From Cycas panzhihuaensis (taxonomy: Eukaryota; Plantae; Cycadophyta), in contig CM041465.1 in assembly GCA_023213395.1 (NCBI GenBank), positions 221,471,741 through 221,535,740 on the forward strand: 64,000 nt of DNA, in the 5' to 3' direction. Shown here piece by piece: positions 37,651 through 51,000 of the stretch; position 1 is the stretch's first letter; the number at the start of each line of letters is the position of its first letter. Below the pieces are notes generated by a model. That model had not been told where the DNA came from and ran no database searches. It saw only the letters and a list, made by a program, of their open reading frames with translations. The translations under genes and the position numbers were made by a program.

Positions 37651-40600
37651 CTAAAGTAGAGCCTTGAGCTGTTCAAACTTCACCTTTTGCAGCGGTTTGG
37701 TGAAGATATCGGCCACTTGATCTGTTGTGGGGCAGTAATCTAATTGAATTGTGCCATCATGAACAAGTTCCCTAATCCTGTGGACTTTCGTACTTATGTG
37801 TTTGGTACGATCGTGAAATACATGATTTTTCGTCATGTAGATTGCTGATTGATTATCCACATGAAGACTCGTAGGACTTGTTTGGGTGATATTCAATGTT
37901 TCCAATAATTTTCTTAGCCATATCACCTCTTTACCGGTCTCAGAAGCAACAATGTATTCAGCTTCGACAGTTGAATCTGCAACTATCTTCTGCCATATGG
38001 ATCTCCATGATATTGGTGCTGTTCCAAGAAACGTTACATACCCAAACGTAGATCTTCCTGTATCTTTATCTCCTGCAAAGTCTGAGTCTGTGTATGCAGA
38101 AAGCTTGAAGTCTAAATTAGGTTCATACAACAGACCATATTTGCTGGTCGTCTTAAGGTATCTCAACACTCGCACTACTGCTTGCCAATGATTCTGCTTA
38201 GGATTTGTCATGTAACGAGTAAGAATACCAACAGAGTGTATAATATCTGGCCTTGTATTGGTAGTGTAGATGAGACTACCTACAAGTTTCCTATAGAGTG
38301 TTGCGTTTGCCTCCCTAGTGTCACCTTCAGCTAAGAGTTTGGTGTTAGGATCCATAGGTAACATCATTGGTCGAGCATCTTCTAACTGAAACTTGGTTAG
38401 AAGATCGTTGATGTATTTTTCTTGGGAGAGGAAAATTTTTCCATTCTTTTGTGTTACTTCAATTCCCAAGTAATATTTCATCAAACCGAGGTCAGACAAT
38501 TCGAACGTTTTGCCAAGGTCCTTTTTCAGCTGGCTTATTGCCTGTTCACTATTACCCGTTACTAGCATGTCATCCACAAAGATTATGAGATAAGTGACTT
38601 TATCTTTATGGTGCTTGATGAACAATGTTGCATCAATATCTTGATAGTCACAAATCTCGTATCCAAGTTGCCTCATCCTTTCAGACAACTTGGCAAACCA
38701 AGTGCGAGGGGCTTGTTTAAGGCCATATAAGGACTTTTTGAGCCTGCAAACCTTATGCTCTTGACCTTCGATCTCATATCCTTCTGGCTGAGCCATGTGA
38801 ATTTCTTCTTCAAGATCTCCATTGAGAAACGCGGTCTTAATATCGAGTTGGTGGATTTTCCAACCTCATTGAGCGTGAAGGCCACAAGAGTTCTAATTGT
38901 AGGCCACTTGGTTGTAGGTGCAAAGACTTCAGTGTAGTCGATGCCTTCCCTTTGTGTAAATCCTTTAGCTACCATCATCGCCTTGTGTTTTTCAAGGGTG
39001 CCGTCTGATCTATATTTGTTTATGAACACCCATTTATTTTGAACTACCTTTTTGCCAAGTGGTAGATCAACGAGCTCCCATGTACCGTTCTTGATAAGAG
39101 ATTGGTACTCTTCATTCATGGCATTTCTCCAAGCTGCATGCTTTACAGCTTCTTGGTACGTTAAGGGCTCTTTATTAAGAGTAAGGTGCAATTTTGCTGG
39201 TTCAAGCTCAGTATATAATGATTCTTGCATCCTTGCTCTATGGGCACTTCGAGTGCCAGTTTTTCCCACCTCATCTGGTCGTATATCCTTATTGAGCTGG
39301 CGGGCTTCTCGAGATCCTCGAGTTGGGAATGATGTCCTCATTTCCCCAACTTCTTGGTTCTCATCATGTTCATTAAAATGATTATTTTGTGAGGAGGATG
39401 TTGATGTGCCTGAGGAAGATGGTCCTTCTACCACTGTTTTGCTTTTGTCAATTGAAGGTGTAGAGGATGGTTCTTCTATAATGACTTTGCCTTTGTCAAC
39501 TCTGCTATCTTCAAAAGATGGTGCTGGATGTGCATTCATTGGTTCAGAGTCACAACTTGTATCCTCCAAGGCTCTATTGTCAGCTTCCAACATTTGGAGT
39601 AATTTATGTATGCCCCCCCCCCCCCCCCAAATTTTGGAATTTGAACATCATACTTGATAACATTATTGTAGCGGCGTGAGGGTACTAGGAGTCTAATTTA
39701 AGTAACTGATCCTCTGTCTCCGCAAAAATGACATCTTTGGTAACGATGATTTTTCGTTGTGAAGGTATGAAGACCTTATACCCTTTCTTATCCATAGGGT
39801 ATCCAACAAAGATGCCTTTAAGTGCCCTTGGCTGGAGTTTATTTCTATTTGTATCCAGAATATGGGCATAGCATGTAGAGCCAAAAATTCTAAAGTAGTG
39901 AACAATAGGGGCTTGTCCTAACCACTTTTCATTAGGTGATTGTACTTCCTTTGATGGGCTAACATCATTGATGTAATAAACAACTGTCCAGATTGCTTCA
40001 GCCCATAGATAGGCAAGTACATTTTTATATATTAACATAGCACGAGCCATGTTCATGATTATCCTGTTCATGCGCTTGGCAACTCCATTTTGTTGTGGGG
40101 TACCTGCTGCTGTTGTTTGATGCTTGATGCCATTGTCTCGAAGGTAGCTTTCAAACTCATGTGAGGTATATTCGCCACCATTATCAGTTCGAAGACATTT
40201 GAGTTGATAACCTGACTCTTTTTCAGTGAGGGCTTTGAATTCCTTGAATATACGGAATGCTTCATCTTTCTTGTGTAGAAAAGCTACCCATACGTTTCTA
40301 GTGAAATCATCAATGAAAGAGATGTAATATAGCTTGCCATTCAGTGAAAGAATGGGCATTGGCCCGCACAAATCAGAGTGTACCAATTGTAATGGATGGC
40401 TTGATTTCCACTGACTTTTGGGAAAGGGTTGTCGATGAGATTTGGCAATGATACAAGCTTCACATTTAAAGGGCTTAGAGGAAAACTTTTGAAGGTTTGG
40501 AAGAGTATTAGAAAGATCTCTAAGTCTATCAATGTGAACATGGCCCATACGAGCATGCCAAAGAGCTTCTGGTGACAACGTTGGATAGGTTAAGATGGAA

Positions 40601-42214
40601 TTAAATGAAAATTCTTCATCGACACAAGGGCTTTGGGCACAATGGGCTTCGGAAAATGGAGAACCATTCAGTCAAAAGAGTTTGCCAGAGAGATGTCCAG
40701 TCAAAACCACCTGATTAGTTGGAGGGTGAATGACCTTAAGAGTCTGGTCATTTGCGGTTACGCTTAGATCAAATCCGCGAGAAACAAGTGTGGATAAAGA
40801 GAGTAGGTTTTGTTTGAGATTGGGTATGTATAAGACATCAAGCAATGTAAAATCTTCTAAGCCTGGGAGTTTTAGGCGAATGTTGCCAATTCCTTCAACA
40901 GGTTGTTGTGATTTATCAGCCATGTGAACAACTCAATGAACATTTGAGTCAAATGTTTGATATAGACTGCGATTGCATGTCATATGTTGAGTTGCTCCTA
41001 TGTCCATGATCCACTGTCCATCGGTTGAAGCCACACTATTGGCAATTCCAATAGGGCTTGGCATTGGTGAAGGGAATTCACAAGTGATATATCCACACCG
41101 AGCTTCAAAGTATCTCTTTGGTTGGTCAATGGCATTTGATGCTGAAGATCCCTCAATTCTTTGAATGTGTGCTTGTACAAAACCTGCACCACTAAAGGAT
41201 TCTTCACAAGTTTCTTCAACATTGTGAGCTCCATGTTTTGGTTGGAACTTGGCCAACTTATAAGTGGCAGTTTTGCAATATTTTGCTAAGTGTCCTTTAC
41301 GATTACACCGATTACACATAATAGTTTGATTACCAGTCCCTGAAGAAGTACTGGTTTGACCTGACTGTCTTGCTCTTTGTTGAGGTGGCCCTTGGCCTTG
41401 AAACTGTCGAGGTTGTGATTTGAGGGTTTGATTGACCTTGTGGACGATTTCCCATATTTCTTCCTCTTCCTCTTGCTCGGTTATTTCCTCTGCCACGAGA
41501 GGGACCTTGATTTTTTGTGTAGCAAACTTCTTCTTCTACCTCAAAGGCTACATCTGGAAGAGAGTCAGAGGCTACAAAGTTTGTATCAAAGGTCTTGTCA
41601 AATTCTATGAACTTCTCGGCAAGTTCTTCGAAGTTGAGTGTCTTCAATGTTTCACTAGATTGAAGACTTCTAAGCAAGTTTTTATAATCAGGGACATGTA
41701 AACTTGACTGGATCAAAAATGCCCAAGTGATGCATTAGGTCTTAAAGTCTTTGTCAATTGCCTGTTTGATTGGTCGAAGGAGATTTATTGTCTCATGAGC
41801 TCATCCCTTTTGCATTTTTAATTTGTTCATTTTCAAAACAAGATGAACAAATTCTAAATTTGACTTTGTATCAAAGTTCTTTCTAAGAACTTCTAGGGCC
41901 TTCCAGGCTGTATCATGTTCCTCTTCGTTTATCAAGTTGTGCAAGGAGTGATCAATGAGCAACAAAATTTCTGCACGAATCTTTTCATCATCTATCTCCC
42001 ATTGTAGTTTAGCTACAGCATCTGTAGGAGCTGTTGGGGCGGATCCACTCGAAGTAGATGTTGTAGCCGTTGCTGGTGTGCTGGGTGTAGGCTGCAAGTG
42101 GGCTCTCCAAAGGCCTTCATACTTTGCAGCATTTTTAATTCCAGTGTACCATATATCCCAATTTTCTTTGCCTTTCAATATGCAATTAACATTTTGTTTG
42201 AATTGAGATGACAT
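37651..42214 (-). pseudogene. Copia gag-pol polyprotein of H with few disruptions
   Basis: ORFs cover gag, CNRCNRKGHLAKYC, WIMDIGAT, integrase (LVHSDLCGP...LRTDNGGEY), RT (FVDD) and RNase H (ADIFTKPL). Confidence 0.93.
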
Positions 42215-42996
42215 GGTGATGATGATGAAGTAGAAGAGATGATACAAGTATGTGCCACTGACACGTGTGGCTAATACACTGGCCTTGACGAGGATGTAGA
42301 AATGATTATTATGATGAGAAGCAAGCAATGATTAACTATTTTTCAACAATTATATAAAAAATGAATATGAGTAATGATGCAAGAATGAGGCCTAATGTAG
42401 AGCTGGCAAAGAGTGGTGATGTGTCATGCCACTAACCTCTCACTTATGTCCAAATGTAGGTGAGGTTTCGATGCCTAAGGCTTCTAGTATATGATTAGGG
42501 CCTTCACCCGCGATACTCGCACTTTGCGCAGTGATGAAATCCAAGTCACAGTGGAGCCTGTGTACTCCAGTCCTCACCCAGTTCACCAATGAGCAGCTTT
42601 ATACCTCCTCCGAAGAGTCAAACGATACTGCGTATCCCACGGCTATGACGGATATTGGACCAGGTTAATTTTAATCTTGCATTAAGGTTTTCAGTTTTCC
42701 CAGGTGGTTATCAGGATTATCCCTGATTGGACGCTGTAGGTATGGCTAACCTGTCCCTCCACCACTATTCCGGTTAAGACCAGACCCAGTATGAAACTCA
42801 CACCTCCCTTAGGGCTTGGACTTCAGCCAACCTTGGTCTATTTCAACCAAGGCGAGTGTGCGCACAAGTCAAGAACTGGCGGTATAGATTGTACGGATGA
42901 GATTCCTTTTAGGAATAGTGTAAGATGTTTTCGTATAACTGAAAATTGAAATAGAAACTTGCCAAATGTGCTTGCTTGCTTTTCGTGCTTGCTTTA

Positions 42997-43076
42997 TTGT
43001 TGTTGCTGCTTTTGTGATGCTTTGTTGTTGTTGCTGCTTTTGTGATGCTCTATTGTTGTTGCTGCTTTTGTGATAC
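42997..43076. repeat. Three ~27-bp tandem units (TTGTTGTTGCTGCTTTTGTGAT) in the 5' UTR of H
   Basis: Directly visible. Confidence 0.85.
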
Positions 43077-44751
43077 TTTATGCTATGTGTGCAAATAGAA
43101 AAGCATGCTAGATTTAGCAGGGGAACCGAATGTTGCTTCCGATCCAAGGTTTCCCTTGCTTTAGTACAATGTTTCCAAATATGTTTTTGGAAGTTTTAAT
43201 ACAAAATCCACAATGGGCTAAAAAGCGGATCAACTTGCCGCTAAAATGATGATTTTTCTAAATCTATATGCATGCTATTTTGTCCTATTTTGTGATTTTT
43301 TCACAAAATTTACAAATAATGATAAATGGACAATTTTTAGAAATTATAAATATGAAGGCCTAAATGATGAAAATCTGAATTTATGACAGAAGGAAAAAGT
43401 GTCCAGAATGTCGTTTCTGATAGATTTGTGAAGTCATATTTCAAAAAAGCCACAAAAACTTTTCTGTCCGAAAAAGCACCAAAGCAAAAATCATGCCAAA
43501 TCAACTGTCTCAGAATCTGGACTTCAATATGTCAAAAGTTGCATTTTGACATGTACATTAACTTTCCCTTCTGCACCATCTGCAAAATCTGCCAAACAAT
43601 TGTCCGAAATGCCCTTGCAAGGTCCTTTATGGGGTATAGTAGGCAAAATCAACAACTGTGAGAAAACTGCATAGATCTCACTAACCAGTGGATGAAATTT
43701 GATGAGAGTTGTCTTAAAATGATCTTAAGACATAAATGTACCAGATCCCTTAATAAACATTTCAGATCTTCAGCATATAATGGAAGGATTTTAATAGGAA
43801 AAGTGCTTTAAATCACTGATCCATAAAATTTACCCTTTTTGTCACAGCCAAAACTCGCTGTTGCAGGCTGAATCTGAAGTTGCTATAGAAGACAAAAATG
43901 ATCCTCTAGTGAAAGCGACCTTGCACGCCAAATTTCATCAAATTTTGAGATGGTTGAATTTTTATGAAAATTTGGGTCTTTAATGCTCCCGAGACTGTTC
44001 CGGCAATTGAACGGCTTCAAAAACCTGTGTTCTTCACCGCTGAATTTTTGCACACATGTACAAAGCAGCAACATGCAAAATACTTATAATTTATGCTCTC
44101 AAAATGTAAAAAAAAAGGAATGCACTCTCAATACTTCACATTGAAGGTGAAGGAGAGGCAAAATGACTCCATGCAAGTGGAATGGAGTGAATAGATCCCC
44201 TTCTAGCTCTGATACCACATGAAGGAAGGATGGATCTAGGAGATAAATCACTCACGTGCACACAATGCAATGGAGAATGAAAAAGAAGATGAAACAAGAT
44301 ATGAGAGCAAGCTTGGAGGTGAGAATGAATAATGACTCCCTCCTTGAGATTTCTCCTTTTATTATTGAGGGTGAGCATTAGGGTTAGGATTTTCCCGCCT
44401 AATGACATGAACCCGAAATTACATCTAAATGCACATAAAGTACATTTCATTAAGAGACTAATGCTAATAATATATCCTAAGGTCACATAATTAATCTACA
44501 CAAATGACTTTGATACATTAACCTCTTTCAACATGATCATTAATAGGGCATATAGTTATCGATAATGAACAACAAAATATGAATCAAGCATTCAATTTTG
44601 AAACACATGATACTATAGTGGTAAAACTTAAAGATGAGGAAACATCCACTCTAAACATATGAGATATCATTAATAAAAGATGATGTACAATGAAGCACAT
44701 GATGAGACTACACTAGTTTCCATTGTGGAAGAACTAGGTGTCTTCAACTCA

Positions 44752-47700
44752 TTTAAGGAGAGTTGTATTGTCTTGGCTCCGATGACATGTTGCGTCATTG
44801 TATTCGACTCCATGAGGCACCCCAAGTAATCACTCAATCTCACGAGGAAATATTTGGAGGCCATATTGGAATAAAAAATACATGGCGAAAGGTTTCAACC
44901 ACTGGATTTTGGTGGCCTACATTGTTTGAAGATGTAAAGCAGTGGGTGAAAAAGTGTGACCGATGTCAATGAATAAGAAAGCCTTGAAGGAAAGACTACA
45001 ATCCACTCAACCTAGTATTGCCATTAAAACCATTTGAAAAATGGGGTTTGGATTTTATGGGACCTATTAAACTAGTAGCATGACGATCCCAAGCACGATT
45101 TATCTTGGTGGCAACTAACTATGCAACGAAATGGGTTGAAGCAAGGCCATTTTGTAAAGCGGATTCAATCAGCCTAGCAAGATTTCTATATGAAATAATT
45201 ATCACAAGATTTAGTTGACCTCTCGAACTTGTAAGTGATCTTACACTTTTTGAATGAAGTGGTAAAAGAATTGACAGATACTTTCATGATTAGCCATCAC
45301 AAGTTGATACCATACTACCTATGAATAAATGGCCAGGGAGAAAGTTTCAACCAAATTCTTAAAAATTGCTCGTAGAAGGTTTGTGATATCGGTTGTTTCG
45401 ACTGGGTCAAAAAGTTATCTCAACTGTTGTGGGCATTCCACACCACATACAAAAGAGCCATAGGTCAAACACCATTCAAATTAGTGTATAGAATTGAAGT
45501 CATCATTCCAATAGAATTCCAAATTCTGAGTTTGAGAGTAGCACTCCACTTTTGATTAGACGAACTCGAATCATTACGTGAAAGATTATGGCAATTAATA
45601 CAACTGGAGGAAGAACGACAGAAATCAGAATGGTTGTAGGAAATGGAAAAAAATCGGATAGAAGGCATGGCACAATTGCCACCTAAAAGCACCTTAGTTT
45701 ATCGAAAGAGATCATGTATTACTTTATAACAGTAAATTCTAGACCCATCAAGGAAAATGGAAGTCTAAATGGTTAGATCCATACGCAGTGGACAAGATCT
45801 TTGAAAATGGTTCCATCCAATTAAGGGAAATTGACAGATTGAAGCTACCAACATTGGTAAACAACAATAAGACTAAAACCCTACCATCACTAAGGTGATA
45901 TCCTAGTAGGAATTGGCTGGATGTACCATAACGTGTTGCTTGACATTGCAGGCAATTGAAGTTGTCTCACTATCAAGAATGCGATTCTACCTTGGTACGA
46001 AAATACAAAATACAAAAAATCAAATAATTAAAAAAATCAATTGTAACTCAAATATCATGCATCTAAGCGACATCATGGACAAAACCACATGGCAAAATAT
46101 TGATTAAAAAAAATATTGACTTTTAAGTTACTGTTTCTAAAAAATACACTATGCATTCCAAAAATGGAATGGAAACGGGAACAGGAATGCATAGCCTATA
46201 AGTTCGCATAATGAATTTTTTCACTATGTGTTCTAGCTCGCGTCATGATGGAGGAATGTACACAAAAATTCACGGATTTAAAGATGAATAGTGCCTCATT
46301 CTTACCATTCAGAAAAGGACAAACCCTAGTTAACCAAGATCAAAGCTCAAGAACAAAATTGCACTAGAATTGAAGCATCCAACAACGTGCATTCTCAACA
46401 GCAAATGCAAGGAATGTTCTTAGCAATATGCACCCCATAATATGTCTGATCACAAGAATGAATCTAGGTTTGAAAGATTTCTTGAAAATTCCTTACATTT
46501 CACTTTAATGTTGTTACATTTCAATTGCTATTCCATCTACTAGCACGACCACTGGCCGAAATGAAGACAATAAGTGTCCAGGAAACGTACATGCCCAAGC
46601 TCAAAAATGAAATTGGATGGAATGCCATCTGCATTTCGAAACAAGGTCAAGCAGGTAGGTTGGTGAGAGTTCATTTTTATGGCACCGCTATATTGGGATT
46701 TTGACCTAATGGAATATATGATAGTAACCTTAAAAGGAGATATGGGTAGAGCTCAGATAAATGCAGATATAATCCATGCAATGACAGGGCTTTCAAAAGA
46801 AGGAGACACTCTAATCACCATAAAAGGATTAGAGGTTGATAGTTTGAGAGAACTATGTCAGGAAAACACCCAAATATATTCAGGTGGGATTAAAATTGCG
46901 GATATCAGGGATGAGCAGCTGCAGTGGATAGCCAAAATTATTGTCACAAAATTCTTGTCTAAATAGAAACATACTTATATTCTTGGTGGTATGATGCCAA
47001 TTCTTTCATAGATTTGGGAGGGTGTTAGACTCAATTGGTGTGAGTTCACAGCTAACAACATAAGATAGTACATTGATGAGATACAAACCCACCCTTTTTG
47101 ACACCCATCATTGTTATTAACAACAATATTCCATTAATGTCTAAAGCCCAATCGCCATAAATGCATATTTGTCAAGGAGAGTTGACCATTAAACAATGGA
47201 TCAATGTGTTTCCTAATAATTTCAAGATTCAGAAATCAAAAGGCAAGTAAAAAAGGAGATGATAAAAATGACTAAACAGATTTAACAAAAATGAGGGAAT
47301 CGAGTTCCACTTCGATCCAAATAAGTAGTAAAAAAGAGTGTTAAATGTGGGAGGGTAGAAGTGGAAGAGAAATAATCTATACCCTCATTGGAGAAATAGA
47401 AGATGGTGCCTCCCTTCCAAACAATGATGGAACCAGGGGAAGGGTCCTCTTAGCAACAAAAGCCCTTGGAGGGTAAGGGGAAACAGATTATATAGATGGT
47501 AGAAGAAATGGAAAAGGAATATTAGGTAGAAATTACAGCATTATAGGAAAAATTGAAAGAAAAGGATATAATTATTGCAGACTGTTAACAGTCTGTGAGC
47601 GCCGATAGACATATTCGTAGCGCTCCCCACTAGCCAAAAGACGTTGGGTAAGAAGCTGAAGAATGGAGGATGTTGGGTAGAAGGAGTGTCTGGAGAAACT

Positions 47701-48090
47701 GAGGCTGCGTAGATCAAATGTCTGTATGCAGTTATACTCCAGCGAAGATAACGAGCTTTCATTTATAACGGGCCACGTAATTTTTAGTTTTGTTTTTTTC
47801 TAATGGGAGTAACTTTGCCCCCGAGTGGAGACCCCTAGCCTCCCTCACAAAAGTCATTTGAGGGCGCCTATCGGCGCAATTATTGCCACCCTTACTTAAA
47901 TAAATGAAGGATCCTGGATTGTAGGGCCAGTCCTAGTTTTGAGAGAGAGGAGGAGAAACAACATTAGAATTTTGGAATTTTGAATTTTTTTTGAACAAGG
48001 ATGCTCAATTATTTTTGTTGACCTAGGATGGATGTTAGGATCAAATCTGACACTTGTGCATTTGGTTGAAGGAATGGATAGCAATTGGCA
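44752..48090 (+). mobile_element. Element K: non-chromovirus Gypsy fragment (integrase + extra ORF + 3' region)
   Basis: HHCC zinc finger (HEEIFGGH...GFWWPTL...CDRCQ), PFEKWGLDFMGP, TKWVEA, and a GPY-like C-terminus at ~45780. Confidence 0.85.
46561..47750 (+). pseudogene. Additional ORF downstream of the K integrase (degenerate)
   Basis: Protein-like reading INADIIHAMTGLSKEG...GIKIADIRD...LNWCEF, followed by a charged coiled-coil-like stretch. Contains stops. Confidence 0.55.
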
Positions 48091-51000
48091 TGTAACGGGT
48101 CATTGTGAATGCAAGATGATAGCCCAACATGCACTCGAATAGTGGAATGCACTTATTTATAGTGAGAAACAACAAAGAGAACTTCTCGAGGAAGACACAA
48201 CAGGGTGCATTTCAGAGCAGTATGCACAACAAATAGAGTCAAATGTGGAACGTATGAGGGACACACAAACTAGAACGGATAGAACGCAAGCCAAACAAAG
48301 CCAAGAACATATGGACACATGGACGGATGGTCATAACCGATTGTAATCAGGAGTTAAGTGATGGATTAATTACTAGGGGTTGTGTGTTATGTAAAAGGGA
48401 AGGTTGCGACTATTGGTCACAACCATTCTTCAAAGGGCACACTAGGTGTATTTAAAGGCCATTCTTTCACCATTTTGGATGTGAGCGCAGAGCATTTCAT
48501 TCCTATGGCATGTGCTCAAAGGTGAGAGCCAAATATTTGAATCTTATGTCATATGCTCTAGTGTGAGAGCTGAGTTAGTTGATTGGATGTCATGTTTGTA
48601 CTATGAAACATTTGTGGAATGTTCTTCAAGTGATGTAAAAGCTATTGGATATTGATATTACTTAATGAAATAACCAAGTTATGTAGAAACTATGTCCCGT
48701 GTGTTATCTATGATTGATTTATGATGATGTAATGGTTGATAATGTTATGACGATGTTATGATTACTGTGTTATTGTGGACTTATATGGCATAATTGTGTA
48801 TGATTAACTCGCATGTTGACTATGAGCCCCAAACCTAGACTACTGGAAGTGTCCCCTTGACAAGTACTCCCTCTAAGGAGCAGAGGGAAGTCAAACACTC
48901 CTTACTATGCTTTTAGAATAACAACAATTAAATTAGATTTTACCATACTTACAACAACAATATGGCATTTATGACTTAGGGCATCAATGACGCTATTTTC
49001 TTTGCCTTTAACAGAGTGCAATTATAAGTCAAATTCACTCATATACTCAGCCCATTTGTGCTATCTGGCATTTAACTGTGGTTGTGTAAAAATATTTTGA
49101 AGGCTATTATGATCTATTCATAGTTCAAACCTCCACCCCAACATGTAATGTCTCCAAATCTTGAGCACATGTATTATTGCTTCGTGCTCCAAATCATGCA
49201 TAGGATAATTTTCCTCATATCTTTTTAGCTTTCTTGATTCATAGGCAACCACTTTTCTACCTTGCATCAAAACTACACCAAGCCCCTCCAAGCTAGTATT
49301 AATACAAACTAAGAAATTGGTGCTTGGGTCTGGCATGATTAAAATAGGTGCCGAGGTGGGTAATTTCTTGAGTAGTTGGAACCTTTCTTCACACAATTCA
49401 GTCCACACAAATTTAAATTCTCCTTTTGTAAGGAAGTAATTGGTGTTGCAATTTTAGTCATAAGTCTTTCATATACTTTCTATAGTATCCAACTAGCCCC
49501 ATGAAACTTCGTGCCTCTTGCATGTTTTAGGGTGATGGCCAATCTGTGATTACCATTATCTTTTGGGGGTCCACAGAGATGCCTTCTGTAGAAACAACGT
49601 GTTCTAGATAGTGCATTTCCTCCTTGTAAAATTCATAGTTGTTGAGTTTGGCATACAACTTGTGCTCTTAGAGTAGTTGTAGCATTATGCATAAGTGTTC
49701 CTTGTGTTCCTCCTTAATTTTAGAATAGACTAGTGTATCATCAATGAACACTATTACAAACTTATCCAAGTACTATTGGAACACATTGTTCATCATGCAC
49801 ATGAAGGTTGTGAGTGCATTTGTTAAGCCAAAAGGCATTACTACAAATTCATAGTGTGACCATACCTTGTTCGGAAGGCTATCTTGAAGATGTCTTTGTC
49901 TTTACTTCTAATTTGGTAGTACCCAAACCTTAGTCTATCTTGGTAAAGACTGTTCTTCTTCTCATTTGGTCAAACAAGTTGTCAATCCTTGGCAAAGGAT
50001 ACTTATTTTTGACCGTGGCTTTGTTCAATTGTCTGTAGTCAAAACACATAGTCAAGGATCCATCTTTCTTCTTTACAAATGGCACTAGAACTCCCTATGA
50101 TGATGTACTCGATTTGATAAATCCCTTATCAAGCATATCTTGGAACTACATCTTCAATTTGGTGAGCTTTAGTGTGGCTAATTGATATGGGACTTGGGAG
50201 ACTGGTTCTATCCCCGACACCAATTCTATGGCATATTTAATGTTTCTTTTTGGAGGTAACCCAGGTAACTCATCTGGGAAAGCATCTTTAAACTCTTGCA
50301 CAATGAAAGATCTTCAAGATTTAATTCTTTATGAGTTACTTTTCTAGTCACACGGGCTACCTAAGCCTTACAACCCTTTCTTAACCAATTCTTTACTTGT
50401 GTGATAGAAATCTATTGTATACAAGTTGCACACAAGCTGCAATCTTCTTCCCTTGAAACCCTATTGGTTTTCCTTCATCATCCAAACATTCAATCAGCTT
50501 CTCATAATAGTCAAGCAAGGCATGGTGTTCTTCTAGCTATTCCATGCTAGTAATGGCATCATAATCACCTAATGGAAGAATTTGTTTGTGCTCTTACACA
50601 ATCCCACACCTAAAAGCATTGATAGATGTGACATGCACACATATTTTTATTATTGCTTGGAATAAAATTTCTACCTTGAGGTGATTATCTTCATCTTTTG
50701 GCGCTAATTCTTTTACTCCTTGTAAGGGTAACACTCGTAGACCAAGTTTCCCACTCAAGCAAACATGAGGATATAGATTCTATCACCCTTTTGGTGCTAC
50801 CATTTTCCATATTAGCAGTCATTTCATTTTATGAGCTTGCTTTTGAAGCTTACATTTCTCAACAAACATGGGATGTGAGAAATTATGACAGATTTTTGAG
50901 TTAATCAACTGGGTAAGGTTTTGTCCAACAATCTTACCTACTGCTTGCACCATTGTGAATTGGGATTTGCTTGCCTTCCCTTGATTGTTGCATGCACATT

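Larger units (their letters stand above)
36873..44530 (-). mobile_element. Element H: young, near-intact Ty1/Copia (7.66 kb)
   Basis: LTRs at 36873-37184 and 44220-44530 (about 7 transitions + 1 indel by eye), perfect TSD ACATG, perfect Met-PBS TGGTATCAGAGC (44206-44217), and PPT AAGGGGGGG. Confidence 0.96.
36768..44749. mobile_element. Element G: ~320-bp (net) LTR-like segment hosting H
   Basis: TGTTAAAA...TCTTCAAC ends. Interrupts the RT of A at LYGL. Flanks differ (Copia RT on the left, Gypsy INT on the right). No TSD. Confidence 0.5.

Noticed and set aside
39596-39692. Small insertion flanked by a GGAGT direct repeat
   Set aside because: Removing it does not restore the frame, whereas the segment reads through as pol with one stop and a homopolymer slip.
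42750-42800. Twister-ribozyme-like string (CTGGTCTTAACCGGAATAGTGGTGGAGGG on minus)
   Set aside because: Lacks the upstream UAA/P1 arm and the GC needed for the second pseudoknot. An Infernal search would settle it.
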